Below, one piece after another: positions 18,435-27,937 of a stretch of 64,000 bases of DNA. The position numbers and the translations under genes are program-made. Position 1 is the stretch's first letter, and every line of letters begins with the position of its first letter. Below the pieces are notes generated by a model that had not been told where the DNA came from, did not search any database, and was given only the letters and a program-made list of their open reading frames with translations. Origin of the DNA: Candidatus Latescibacterota bacterium (GTDB lineage: Bacteria; Latescibacterota; UBA2968; GCA-2709665); assembly GCA_965116875.1 (NCBI GenBank), contig OZ220733.1, positions 4,480,001 to 4,544,000 of the forward strand. Direction: 5' to 3'.

Positions 18435-19901
18435 TTACCCGACACTGCCCTCCAGACTGATGCCAAGCAGCTTCTGGGCTTCGACGGCAAATTCCATGGG
18501 GAGTTCGGCCAGCACCTCCTTGCAGAAACCGTTGACGATCATGGACACCGCGTCTTCGGTGGAGATGCCGCGCTGGTTGCAGTAGAAGATCTGGTCTTCA
18601 CCGATCTTTGAGGTGGATGCCTCGTGCTCGACCTGGGAGGTTGTGTTCCTGACATCGATGTATGGGAACGTGTGGGCGCCGCAGCGGTCGCCGATGAGCA
18701 TGGAGTCGCATTGGGTAAAGTTTCGGGCGTTCGACGCGCCCTTCATCACTTGCACCCGTCCTCGATAGGTGTTCTGACCGTTCCTGGCGGAGATGCCTTT
18801 CGACACGATGGTACTGCGCGTGTTTTTGCCGAGATGGATCATTTTTGTGCCCGTATCGGCCTGCTGACGCCCGCTGGTAACGGCCACCGAGTAGAATTCT
18901 CCGATGGAGTTGTCACCCTGGAGAATGCAGCTGGGGTATTTCCAGGTGATTGCCGATCCCGTCTCGACCTGGGTCCAGGAGATCTTGGCGTTGACGCCGC
19001 GGCAGGCGCCGCGTTTGGTGACGAAGTTGTAGATTCCGCCCACGCCGTTTTCATCGCCGGGATACCAGTTCTGAACGGTCGAGTATTTGATCTGCGCATC
19101 GTCGAGGGCGACGAGTTCCACAACCGCGGCGTGGAGCTGGTTTTCGTCTCTCTGGGGGGCCGTGCAGCCTTCGAGGTACGATACGTAGGCCCCTTCTTCG
19201 GCGATGATGAGCGTTCGTTCGAACTGGCCCGTGTTGGCCGCGTTGATGCGGAAGTACGTGGACAACTCCATTGGACACCGCACGCCTCGTGGAATGTAGC
19301 AGAATGAGCCGTCGGTAAAGACGGCGGAGTTGAGCGCGGCGAAGAAATTGTCGTTGTACGGCACGACCGAACCCAGGTATTTCCTCACCAGTTCAGGATG
19401 GTCCTGAACGGCTTCGGAAAACGAGCAGAAAATGATCCCCAGATCCGAAAGCTTGTCCTTGAAGGTGGTGGCCACGGAAACGCTGTCGAAAACGGCGTCG
19501 ACCGCCACGCCCGCCAGTATTTTCTGCTCCTCGAGAGGAATGCCGAGTTTTTCGTACGTCCGGAGGATTTCGGGGTCGACCTCGTCGAGGCTCTGGAGCG
19601 TCTCCGCCTCCTTTGGCGCGGAGTAATAGATAATCTTCTGATAGTCGATATCGGGATAGTCGACCATAGCCCACTGCCTGCTCCGTCCGCGACGGGTGGG
19701 ATCATCCATGCCGAGCCAGTTCCGATAGGCCTTGAGACGCCACTCCAACAGCCAGTCGGGCTCGCGTTTCTTCCGGGAGATGAAGGCGATTATGTCCTCA
19801 TTCAATCCCGGAGGCGCGGCATCCTGTTCAATATCCGTGACGAATCCGTACTTGTACTCTCTCGTTGCCAGTTCTTCGAGTTCCTGGACTTCCTCGCTCA
19901 T
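18435..19901 (-). CDS. sufB: SufB
   Basis: [43 protein letters not shown]. Confidence 0.97.
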   Translation of the reverse strand: MSEEVQELEELATREYKYGFVTDIEQDAAPPGLNEDIIAFISRKKREPDWLLEWRLKAYRNWLGMDDPTRRGRSRQWAMVDYPDIDYQKIIYYSAPKEAETLQSLDEVDPEILRTYEKLGIPLEEQKILAGVAVDAVFDSVSVATTFKDKLSDLGIIFCSFSEAVQDHPELVRKYLGSVVPYNDNFFAALNSAVFTDGSFCYIPRGVRCPMELSTYFRINAANTGQFERTLIIAEEGAYVSYLEGCTAPQRDENQLHAAVVELVALDDAQIKYSTVQNWYPGDENGVGGIYNFVTKRGACRGVNAKISWTQVETGSAITWKYPSCILQGDNSIGEFYSVAVTSGRQQADTGTKMIHLGKNTRSTIVSKGISARNGQNTYRGRVQVMKGASNARNFTQCDSMLIGDRCGAHTFPYIDVRNTTSQVEHEASTSKIGEDQIFYCNQRGISTEDAVSMIVNGFCKEVLAELPMEFAVEAQKLLGISLEGSVG

Positions 19902-19986
19902 CCCGCGCTCCTTCCACTATTTGAAAGGGCATTAGTTTTGTTGTAGTTTATGCGACGCCACGATAACGTTTCCTGAATTCAGGCTT

Positions 19987-20015
19987 AACATACCCAATCC
20001 GTATCCATGTGTCAA
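19987..20015 (-). promoter_or_regulatory. Putative sigma70 promoter of the suf operon
   Basis: Minus strand TTGACA-N17-TATGTT. Confidence 0.6.
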
Positions 20016-20017
20016 GA

Positions 20018-20046
20018 TTAAAAATGTACGAAAAAGTCAAGTTTAA
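20018..20046. promoter_or_regulatory. Putative Rrf2/IscR-type operator
   Basis: Imperfect palindrome TTAAAnnTG-N11-CAnnTTTAA with one intact TTGAC half, next to the suf -35. Confidence 0.5.
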
Positions 20047-20111
20047 TCCGTTCCATGTCACGTCAGGGTGCCGCGCGGGCGGTGGATCGATGTTCGAGGG
20101 GTGCTTTTCTC

Positions 20112-20141
20112 TTGACAGAAGCGACCGGATTTAGCTAACTT
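20112..20141 (+). promoter_or_regulatory. Putative sigma70 promoter of the nuo operon
   Basis: TTGACA-N18-TAACTT. Confidence 0.4.
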
Positions 20142-20239
20142 ATCGCCATTGCTTTCGAATGCGCAAAACGTACGGATTCAGGCTGGCGCGCATTCCTGCA
20201 CGCGCCTGGCGGCGCCGTTCCCCCGGAGGTCCGGTACCA

Positions 20240-20659
20240 ATGCTGGATCAATATGCCAACGTACTCATATTTCTTGGAATCGGCGGCCTCTTCGTCGTTG
20301 TCAATCTGTTTATCGGCAGCCTCATCCGGCCCCGGAATCCCAGCGCGGAGAAACTGAGTACATACGAGTGTGGGGAAGAGCCCGTGGGGGGATCGTGGAT
20401 TCAGTTCAATATTCGTTTCTACGTGATCGCACTGGATTTCATCATCTTCGACGTGGAAGTTGTCCTGCTGTATCCCTGGGCTGTTGTGGCGAACGATTTC
20501 GGCTGGTACGGCTTCGGCGCGATGTCGATTTTCGTGGTCGTACTCTTGCTCGGCCTCGCGTACGCCTGGCGGAAAGGGGCACTCGAGTGGGTACGGCCCA
20601 AGGTGTCGCAGCGACAGGCGCCGGCGCCGGCGTCTGCGGCCGGAAGCCGCGTCGCCTGA
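20240..20659 (+). CDS. nuoA: Complex I subunit A
   Basis: KLSTYECGEEP, FIIFDVEVVLLYPWA, WRKGALEW; GGAGG RBS. Confidence 0.95.
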   Translation: MLDQYANVLIFLGIGGLFVVVNLFIGSLIRPRNPSAEKLSTYECGEEPVGGSWIQFNIRFYVIALDFIIFDVEVVLLYPWAVVANDFGWYGFGAMSIFVVVLLLGLAYAWRKGALEWVRPKVSQRQAPAPASAAGSRVA

Positions 20660-20799
20660 CCGGTTGATCCGGTTCCGGTTTGTTGCAGGCGCCTCGTTCG
20701 AGCCTTTCCGTCTGCAGCGCTTCACAGGATTTCTTAAAAGCAGTCCACGGTATTCCATCTGCGCAGTCTTGCTGACCGCTTCAGGAGGCAGGCCCGTTT

Positions 20800-21285
20800 A
20801 TGGGAAAACTCACCGGTCGTTTCCAGGATAACGTCATTGTGACGTCGGTCGACTACTTCGTCAATTGGGCGCGGTTGTCCTCGCTCTGGCCGATGACGTT
20901 CGGATTGGCGTGCTGTGCCATTGAAATGATGGCCACCGGGGCGTCGCGGTACGATTGGTCGCGTCTGGGAATGGTCCCGCGCGCCACCCCGCGGCAGTCC
21001 GATCTGATGATTGTGGCCGGCACGGTTACCTTGAAAATGGCCACTCGCGTGAAGAAACTGTACGACCAGATGGCCGAGCCCCGGTACGTGATGTCGATGG
21101 GCTGCTGCGCAACGTCCGGAGGCCCGTACTGGCAGCACGGATACCACGTCTTAAAAGGTGTCGACAGGGTCGTGCCGGTTGATATCTACGTCCCGGGTTG
21201 TCCTCCGAGGCCGGAGGCCCTGCTCGAGGGCGTACTGAAACTTCAGGACAAGATTCGCATCGATTCCATCGCGAAAGTGAGCTGA
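20800..21285 (+). CDS. nuoB: Complex I subunit B
   Basis: [26 protein letters not shown]. Confidence 0.96.
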   Translation: MGKLTGRFQDNVIVTSVDYFVNWARLSSLWPMTFGLACCAIEMMATGASRYDWSRLGMVPRATPRQSDLMIVAGTVTLKMATRVKKLYDQMAEPRYVMSMGCCATSGGPYWQHGYHVLKGVDRVVPVDIYVPGCPPRPEALLEGVLKLQDKIRIDSIAKVS

Positions 21286-21423
21286 ACCGGTTCGGTGAAC
21301 CGGTGTTCTGTCGCGGGAATGGATTGCCTGGATTCGGAAGCCGGGACGGGATGGATCGGCGGCCGAACGGTTAGATATTTTCAGGTCAGGACACCCGCAC
21401 CGGAACGCCTGTGGAGGCGAACA

Positions 21424-21894
21424 ATGACGCCGCAGGAGATCTTCGAACGGCTGAAAGAGAGATTCGGCGACCGGGTTCTGGACCTTACCGAAAATGTGGA
21501 TCCGTTTATTCGTGTGAACGCCGAGGCAATCGCGGAAATCGGTCGTTTTCTGCGAGACGATGAGTCGATGCGGTTCGAGTCGCTGATGTGTCTGAGCGGG
21601 GTGGATTATCCGGAACACCTCTCGCTGGTGTATCATCTGTTCTCCACAACGCACAGGCACAGGATTACCCTGAAAGCGGAGATGGGACGAGAGGAACCCC
21701 GATTGCCAACCGTGGAGGGTATCTGGCGGGTGGCGAACTGGCACGAACGCGAGACGTTCGACATGTTCGGGGTCGTCTTCGAAGGCCACAGCGACCTGCG
21801 GCGCATCCTGTGCCCCGACGACTGGGAAGGGTGGCCGTTGCGCAAGGATTACCAGGTTCAGGAATACTATCGCGGCATCCGGGTTGAGGTATAG
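21424..21894 (+). CDS. nuoC: Complex I subunit C
   Basis: ANWHERETFDMFG, GHSDLRRIL, GWPLRKDY; GGAGG RBS. Confidence 0.94.
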   Translation: MTPQEIFERLKERFGDRVLDLTENVDPFIRVNAEAIAEIGRFLRDDESMRFESLMCLSGVDYPEHLSLVYHLFSTTHRHRITLKAEMGREEPRLPTVEGIWRVANWHERETFDMFGVVFEGHSDLRRILCPDDWEGWPLRKDYQVQEYYRGIRVEV

Positions 21895-21897
21895 ACT

Positions 21898-23097
21898 ATG
21901 GCAGAGATTTCACGGGCGGCGACAGAGGTGGCGGTGGAGCGGCCGGGGTTGCCGCCGGTAGCGGGAATGGAGGACGACAACCTTAACAGCGAGTTGATGA
22001 CGATCAACATGGGGCCGCAGCATCCCAGCACGCACGGGGTACTGCGTCTGGAGATCAAGACAGACGGAGAGATTGTAGAGGAAGCAAAACCCCATATCGG
22101 CTATCTCCATCGTTGCTTCGAGAAACACGCCGAGAACCTGCCGTATCCACAGGTGATCCCGTTCACGGACCGGATGGATTATCTGGCGGCGATGAACAAC
22201 AATATGGGGTATGTTCTGGCGGTAGAGAAACTCCTGGGGATCGAGATTCCGGAACGAGTGGAATACATCCGGGTGATCATGTGTGAGTTGAACCGGATTG
22301 CCAGCCACCTGGTTTCTTTCGGGACCTATGGAATGGATATCGGGGCGTTTACGCCCTTTTTGTTTGCCTTCAGGGAACGTGAGGATATTTTCGACCTGTT
22401 CGAAATGACGTGCGGAGCCCGGATGTTGTACAATTATATCTGGGTGGGCGGGGTCTCTCACGATCTGCCGCCGGGTTTCGTGGAGCGCTGCCGGCATTTT
22501 CTTGCTGCATTCGATGGAAAACTGAAGGAGTACAACGACCTGCTGACGTACAACAAGATCTTCATAGAGCGCACGGCAAACGTCGGCGTTCTGTCGTTGG
22601 AGTCGGCGTACAGCCACAACATTACCGGCCCGAATCTTCGGGGATGCGGGGTGGAATGGGACCTCCGACGGGACGAACCGTATTCAATATACGATCGGTT
22701 CGAGTTCGACGTGCCCCGCGGCGCGGGAGAGATGGGGAGCCTGGGGGATTGCTGGGACCGGTATATGGTGCGCATTCGCGAGATGGAGCAAAGCGCGAGG
22801 ATCGTGTCTCAGGCGCTCGATCAAATCCCTGAGGGCGGTGACGTACAGGCGGCGGTCCCCAGAAACGTGCGGCCCCCCAAAGACGCGGAGTGTTACGTTC
22901 GCAGCGAAAACCCCAGGGGCGAACTGGGTGTATACGTGATCAGCGACGGTTCCAACGTACCGTACCGGGTGCGCGTGAAATCGCCCTGCTTTACGGTGAT
23001 GAGCGTATTCGACGAACTCGCCAGAGGCCACTATCTGGCCGACATTATCGCCATCATCGGAAGCATCGATATCGTGCTTGGCGAAATCGACCGCTAG
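21898..23097 (+). CDS. nuoD: Complex I subunit D
   Basis: NMGPQHPSTHGVLRL, GYLHR, DRMDY, GEIDR; no NiFe CxxC motifs. Confidence 0.96.
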   Translation: MAEISRAATEVAVERPGLPPVAGMEDDNLNSELMTINMGPQHPSTHGVLRLEIKTDGEIVEEAKPHIGYLHRCFEKHAENLPYPQVIPFTDRMDYLAAMNNNMGYVLAVEKLLGIEIPERVEYIRVIMCELNRIASHLVSFGTYGMDIGAFTPFLFAFREREDIFDLFEMTCGARMLYNYIWVGGVSHDLPPGFVERCRHFLAAFDGKLKEYNDLLTYNKIFIERTANVGVLSLESAYSHNITGPNLRGCGVEWDLRRDEPYSIYDRFEFDVPRGAGEMGSLGDCWDRYMVRIREMEQSARIVSQALDQIPEGGDVQAAVPRNVRPPKDAECYVRSENPRGELGVYVISDGSNVPYRVRVKSPCFTVMSVFDELARGHYLADIIAIIGSIDIVLGEIDR

Positions 23098-23117
23098 AGG
23101 TTTGCGAGGAGTATGCA

Positions 23118-24293
23118 ATGCTCGAGTTGGCGGAGGTTCTTGTAAATCAGGTGGGCTTCCTGGGCGCCGTGCCGATCGGCCTGGTGTCCCTTGCGTTGGG
23201 CCTGCTCGCCGGGATCGTGGTGGTAACGCTTGTCGCGGTACTCGGGCTCATCATGGTATACATGGAAATGAAAATTTCCGCCCACATCCAGGACCGCCTG
23301 GGACCGATGCGAACGGGGGGCTGGCACGGCTGGGCCCAGCCCATCGCCGACGGCGTCAAGCTGCTCCTCAAGGAAGATATCATTCCCGCCGCGGCGGACA
23401 AGGGCCTGTTCATTCTGGCGCCGCTGCTGGTCTTTGCCGGAACCCTGGCCATATTCGTGTGCATCCCCTTCGGCGGCAACCTGATCGTAAGCGACCTGGA
23501 CATCGGGATATTCTATATTCTCGCCATTTCGTCGCTGGGCGTACTGGGCATTCTCATGGCCGGCTGGGCGTCCAACAACAAGTGGTCCCTGCTCGGCGCG
23601 ATGCGCTCGGCGGCGCAGGTCGTGAGCTACGAGATTCCGGTGGCCATGGCCTTCTTGAGCGTGATCCCTCTCGTGGGTACCCTCAGTACGCAGGAACTGG
23701 TCGCGGCGCAGTCCGGATCGTTGTATCACTGGTTCGTGTTTCGCAATCCGTTCACGTTTCTCGCATTCATCCTTTACTTTATCGCCTCGCTTGCGGAGGT
23801 CAATCGCACGCCGTTCGATATACCCGAGGCCGAGTCCGAACTGGTTGCGGGTTATCACACCGAATACAGCGGGATGAGGTTCTCCTTCTTTTTCGTGGCG
23901 GAATACGCGGCAATGGTTGCCGTGAGTATGGTTGGCGCAGTCGTATTTCTGGGTGGCTGGCAGGCCCCGTGGGGAGGTTCGTTCCCGGCCGGTCCTGTCT
24001 GGATGATCGGTAAGGGACTCCTGCTGGTGGCCGTGCAGATGTGGATCCGCTGGACGCTTCCCCGGCTGCGCGTGGATCAGCTGATGTTCGTGGGCTGGAA
24101 GGTACTCACGCCGGCCGCTTTTCTGTGCATGCTCGGATCGTATGTTTGGCACCTCGCTGTTCCGGCCTGGGCGCAGGAAATCTCCAAGGTCGGCTTGATG
24201 GGCGCGATGGCCGTCGTTCTCGCCTTCCTGCTGCGTTCGGCCGCCCAGGGATTGATGCAGGGACGGACTCAGCGTGCCCAGACCGCATCGTAG
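23118..24293 (+). CDS. nuoH: Complex I subunit H
   Basis: QDRLGP, QPIADGVKLLLKED, NRTPFDIPEAESELVAGYHTEYSG, LPRLRVDQ. Confidence 0.96.
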   Translation: MLELAEVLVNQVGFLGAVPIGLVSLALGLLAGIVVVTLVAVLGLIMVYMEMKISAHIQDRLGPMRTGGWHGWAQPIADGVKLLLKEDIIPAAADKGLFILAPLLVFAGTLAIFVCIPFGGNLIVSDLDIGIFYILAISSLGVLGILMAGWASNNKWSLLGAMRSAAQVVSYEIPVAMAFLSVIPLVGTLSTQELVAAQSGSLYHWFVFRNPFTFLAFILYFIASLAEVNRTPFDIPEAESELVAGYHTEYSGMRFSFFFVAEYAAMVAVSMVGAVVFLGGWQAPWGGSFPAGPVWMIGKGLLLVAVQMWIRWTLPRLRVDQLMFVGWKVLTPAAFLCMLGSYVWHLAVPAWAQEISKVGLMGAMAVVLAFLLRSAAQGLMQGRTQRAQTAS

Positions 24294-24338
24294 CATGCGG
24301 GTGATTCTCCAGGGACCTTTTCCTTCACAGGTGATGCA

Positions 24339-24827
24339 ATGGGATCGTATTTCAGGAATCTCTATCAGTCCGCTGCTTCCATCTGGGTGGGCCTGAATAT
24401 TACGTTGAAGCACTTGTTCACGCCATCGATTACCCTGGAATATCCGGACGAACGGTGGCAGATGCCGGAACGGGCGCGCAACCAGTTGTTCAACGATATA
24501 GATGACTGTATCGGCTGCGATCAGTGCGCAAGAGCCTGTCCCGTGGACTGTATATATATAGAATGTGAAAAAGCCGGTCCAGACGAGGATCTGGGCCTGA
24601 CTTCCAAGGGGACGAAAAAGCGGCTCAAGGTCCTGCGTTTCGATATCGACATGGGGCTTTGCTGTTATTGTGGTCTTTGTGTGTATCCCTGCCCCACCGA
24701 GTGTCTGGTGATGACCCCGAATTACGAGTCGTCGGTCTACGATCGGACCGATCTGGTCTACCGTTACGCCCGTCCGTGGGACTACGAAAAGAAACCCGCC
24801 GACGCGGAGTCCGCCGAGCGTCAGTAG
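24339..24827 (+). CDS. nuoI: Complex I subunit I
   Basis: Two CxxCxxCxxxCP ferredoxin motifs; TLEYPDE. Confidence 0.94.
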   Translation: MGSYFRNLYQSAASIWVGLNITLKHLFTPSITLEYPDERWQMPERARNQLFNDIDDCIGCDQCARACPVDCIYIECEKAGPDEDLGLTSKGTKKRLKVLRFDIDMGLCCYCGLCVYPCPTECLVMTPNYESSVYDRTDLVYRYARPWDYEKKPADAESAERQ

Positions 24828-24847
24828 ACTCCGGGATTGGTTGTCAT

Positions 24848-25369
24848 ATGGAACTCTCGACGATTGTGTTTTACCTTTTTGCCACCGTCACCGTGGGGTC
24901 GGCGGCCGCGGTCGTGTTCGCAAGCCGGCTGATATACGCTGTATTTGCCCTGCTATTTACGTTTTTCGGCGTCGCGGGTCTGTACGTATTTCTCGATGCC
25001 GATTTCCTGGCCGGGGCGCAGGTATTGATCTACGTTGGCGGAATCCTGATTCTGTTGCTCTTCGGCGTAATGTTGACGAACCGTATATACGACTTGAATC
25101 TGCTGGCTGAACGGGTGCAGTTCCTGCCCAGCGTGGTTGTCGTCGGCGCCGGGTTCGCGCTGCTGGTGATGGTGATCCTGAAGACGTCGTGGCCGCTGTC
25201 CGGGGGACAGGCGCCTGCTTCCAGTACATCGGAGATCGGCAAGTCGCTCATGACAACCTACGTCCTGCCGTTCGAGGTGGCCGGGATGCTCTTGCTGGCC
25301 GCCCTGCTCGGCGCTTCCATGCTGGCGGGAAAAGGGCAGGGGGAGGAGGACGACGAGGGAGAGTTATGA
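24848..25369 (+). CDS. nuoJ: Complex I subunit J
   Basis: AQVLIYVGGILILLLFGVML, YVLPFEV. Confidence 0.93.
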   Translation: MELSTIVFYLFATVTVGSAAAVVFASRLIYAVFALLFTFFGVAGLYVFLDADFLAGAQVLIYVGGILILLLFGVMLTNRIYDLNLLAERVQFLPSVVVVGAGFALLVMVILKTSWPLSGGQAPASSTSEIGKSLMTTYVLPFEVAGMLLLAALLGASMLAGKGQGEEDDEGEL

Positions 25370-25671
25370 TTGCCCTGGAGCACTATCTGGTCGTGGGGGC
25401 CATTCTCTTCTGTCTGGGAATCCTGGCCGTCGCCACCCGCCGCAACGCAATCAGCATTCTGATGGGGGTGGAGCTCATATTGAATGCCGCCAACCTGAAC
25501 CTTGTCGCGTTCGCGCGGTTTTCCGATACCGGGCTGGAGGGACAGGTGTTCGCCGTTTTCGTGATTGTGCTCGCCGCCGCAGAGGCAGCGGTCGCACTGG
25601 CGATCGTTCTGAATATCTACCGCAATTACCAGATGGTCAACATCGACAGACTGGATTCATTGAGCGGTTGA
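25366..25671 (+). CDS. nuoK: Complex I subunit K
   Basis: RRNAISILMGVELILNA, AAAEAAVALA. Confidence 0.95.
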   Translation: MIALEHYLVVGAILFCLGILAVATRRNAISILMGVELILNAANLNLVAFARFSDTGLEGQVFAVFVIVLAAAEAAVALAIVLNIYRNYQMVNIDRLDSLSG

Positions 25672-25688
25672 CGGTTTCGGGGGAGTGA

Positions 25689-27767
25689 ATGCCCTTAGAT
25701 CTGTTTTTCATCCCTGTGCTGCCGCTGGCGGCATTCGCCGTACAGGCTTTCTGGGGACGGCGCCTGCCGCGCGGGGGCGACTGGGTACCCCTCGCTGCAA
25801 TCTCCATTTCATTTCTCCTCTCACTCCGATATTTCGCCCTGGCGCTTTCTGCCTACGATCCGGGCTGGCGGCTCGACCTCGATTCATGGGTCTGGCTGGA
25901 TTTGGGCGCCGCGAAGATCAGCGTTGGCCTGCTGGTCGACAATATAACCGCCGTCATGTTGATGGTTGTCACGGTCGTCAGCGGTCTCGTGCACCTCTAT
26001 TCAATCGGCTATATGCACGGAGACCCCCGATATTCCCGATTCTTCGGTTTCCTGGCGATCTTTTCGTTTTCGATGCTGGGACTGGTTCTGGTTGACAATT
26101 TCCTTCTGCTTTATGTTTTCTGGGAACTTGTAGGGCTGTCTTCCTATTTGCTGATCGGATTCTGGTATGAGAAACCCTCGGCGGCTGCGGCGTGCAAGAA
26201 AGCGTTCCTGGTAAATCGCGTTGGCGACCTGGGCTTTTTTGTAGGCATTATGATCGTATTCTGGAAGGTTGGCGCATTCGACTTCGCGAGTGTCTACGAC
26301 GGGGTTGCCGCCGGACATCTCAGCGGAGGCCTTCTTACGGTTGCGGGCCTGTGTCTGTTCTGCGGCGCAGTTGGCAAGTCGGCGCAGTTTCCATTGCATG
26401 TCTGGCTGCCGGATGCCATGGAGGGTCCGACTCCCGTCAGCGCGTTGATCCACGCCGCAACGATGGTTGCCGCCGGCGTATATATGGTAACGCGGATGTT
26501 CCCGATCCTTACGCCTGACGCTCTGTTGGCAATCGCTTATATTGGCGCGATCACGGCAATTCTGGGAGCAACCATCGCCGTGGCCCAGTACGACATCAAA
26601 CGCGTCCTGGCTTACTCGACAATCAGCCAGCTCGGATATATGATCATGGGCCTGGGAGTGGGCGCGTACGTGGCGGGCTTTTTCCACCTGATGACACACG
26701 CGGCGTTCAAGGCGTGTCTCTTCCTCGGATCGGGAAGCGTTATTCATGCCGTGGAACATGCGTTCCACAGGACGCACAACGATAGCGATCCGCAGGATAT
26801 GCGAAATATGGGGGGGCTTCGGGAGAAGATGCCGCTGACGTTCCGGACCTTTCTGATCGCGACCGTAGCCCTGGCGGGGGTGCCGCTGACCTCCGGATTC
26901 CTGAGCAAGGACGCAATACTGGCCGGAGCGCTGGGCTTCGGCGGTTTCTCCCGGCCGGTACATTTCCTGCTGCCGCTGCTGGGATTCGCGGCCGCGGGTT
27001 TGACGGCGTTCTACATGTTCCGGCTGATCTTTCTCACGTTTTACGGGAAACCCAGAGAGAAATCCCTTGTCGAATACGCACATGAGTCTCCTCGAGTGAT
27101 GACGGTCCCGCTGATCGTGCTGGCGGTGCTGAGTATCTGGGTCTTCTATGCCTGGAACCCGCTGGGCGGAGAAGGCTGGTTTCAACATCTCGTGAAGCGG
27201 CCTGAAGCGGGTCTGCTGGCGGGCAGAGGCGAGCCGTTGCCGATCGAACCCGGAGCAGAGGTCCTTGCCGCGGGTTCAACCGGCGACGCGGCACACGCCG
27301 CTCACTACCCGGCGATGATCCTTTCTTTGCTGGTGGCCGGCGCCGGAATCTACACGGCTTACCGGAAGTACTACAACCGGCGGGAGGAGATGATCGCCCG
27401 GGAGGAGACACTGCTGCATTCGGGCGGGATCTTCCGGTTGTTGAACCGAAAGTGGTATTTCGACGAACTCTACGAAGCCAGCTTTGTCCGTGCGGTCATG
27501 GTCGGACGGACGGTATTGAACTGGTTCGACGCCCACATTGTAGACGGGCTCGTGAATCTGTCGGCCACGTTGACCCGGGGCATCTCGTTTATCGACCGGC
27601 TGTTCGACGAATGGGTGGTCGACGGGCTCGTGAACGCCGTCGCGGGCGTGATCAGGTGGGCCGGCAGCGGGCTGAGACGCATTCAGACAGGACGACTGCA
27701 GACCTACGTCGTTCTGGTTATGGGCGGTATTCTGGTGCTGATGGTGATCCGATTGATGGGTACGTGA
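25689..27767 (+). CDS. nuoL: Complex I subunit L
   Basis: WELVGLSSYLLIGFW, GKSAQFPLHVWLPDAMEGPTPVSALIHAATMV, IQTG. Confidence 0.96.
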   Translation: MPLDLFFIPVLPLAAFAVQAFWGRRLPRGGDWVPLAAISISFLLSLRYFALALSAYDPGWRLDLDSWVWLDLGAAKISVGLLVDNITAVMLMVVTVVSGLVHLYSIGYMHGDPRYSRFFGFLAIFSFSMLGLVLVDNFLLLYVFWELVGLSSYLLIGFWYEKPSAAAACKKAFLVNRVGDLGFFVGIMIVFWKVGAFDFASVYDGVAAGHLSGGLLTVAGLCLFCGAVGKSAQFPLHVWLPDAMEGPTPVSALIHAATMVAAGVYMVTRMFPILTPDALLAIAYIGAITAILGATIAVAQYDIKRVLAYSTISQLGYMIMGLGVGAYVAGFFHLMTHAAFKACLFLGSGSVIHAVEHAFHRTHNDSDPQDMRNMGGLREKMPLTFRTFLIATVALAGVPLTSGFLSKDAILAGALGFGGFSRPVHFLLPLLGFAAAGLTAFYMFRLIFLTFYGKPREKSLVEYAHESPRVMTVPLIVLAVLSIWVFYAWNPLGGEGWFQHLVKRPEAGLLAGRGEPLPIEPGAEVLAAGSTGDAAHAAHYPAMILSLLVAGAGIYTAYRKYYNRREEMIAREETLLHSGGIFRLLNRKWYFDELYEASFVRAVMVGRTVLNWFDAHIVDGLVNLSATLTRGISFIDRLFDEWVVDGLVNAVAGVIRWAGSGLRRIQTGRLQTYVVLVMGGILVLMVIRLMGT

Positions 27768-27937
27768 CCAGGCATCATGTGAATCAACTGCTGCGACCGG
27801 ACATGGGTACTTCGAATAGCGCGCTGAAGTTCGTTGCTCCGTATACAGAGTAACGGAAGGATTCCGGAAACAGGCGCCCTGGGCGATTCATCCGTCCGGG
27901 TTGCGCCGTGCGATCTGATGAGGGAGGTAGCAGACAG

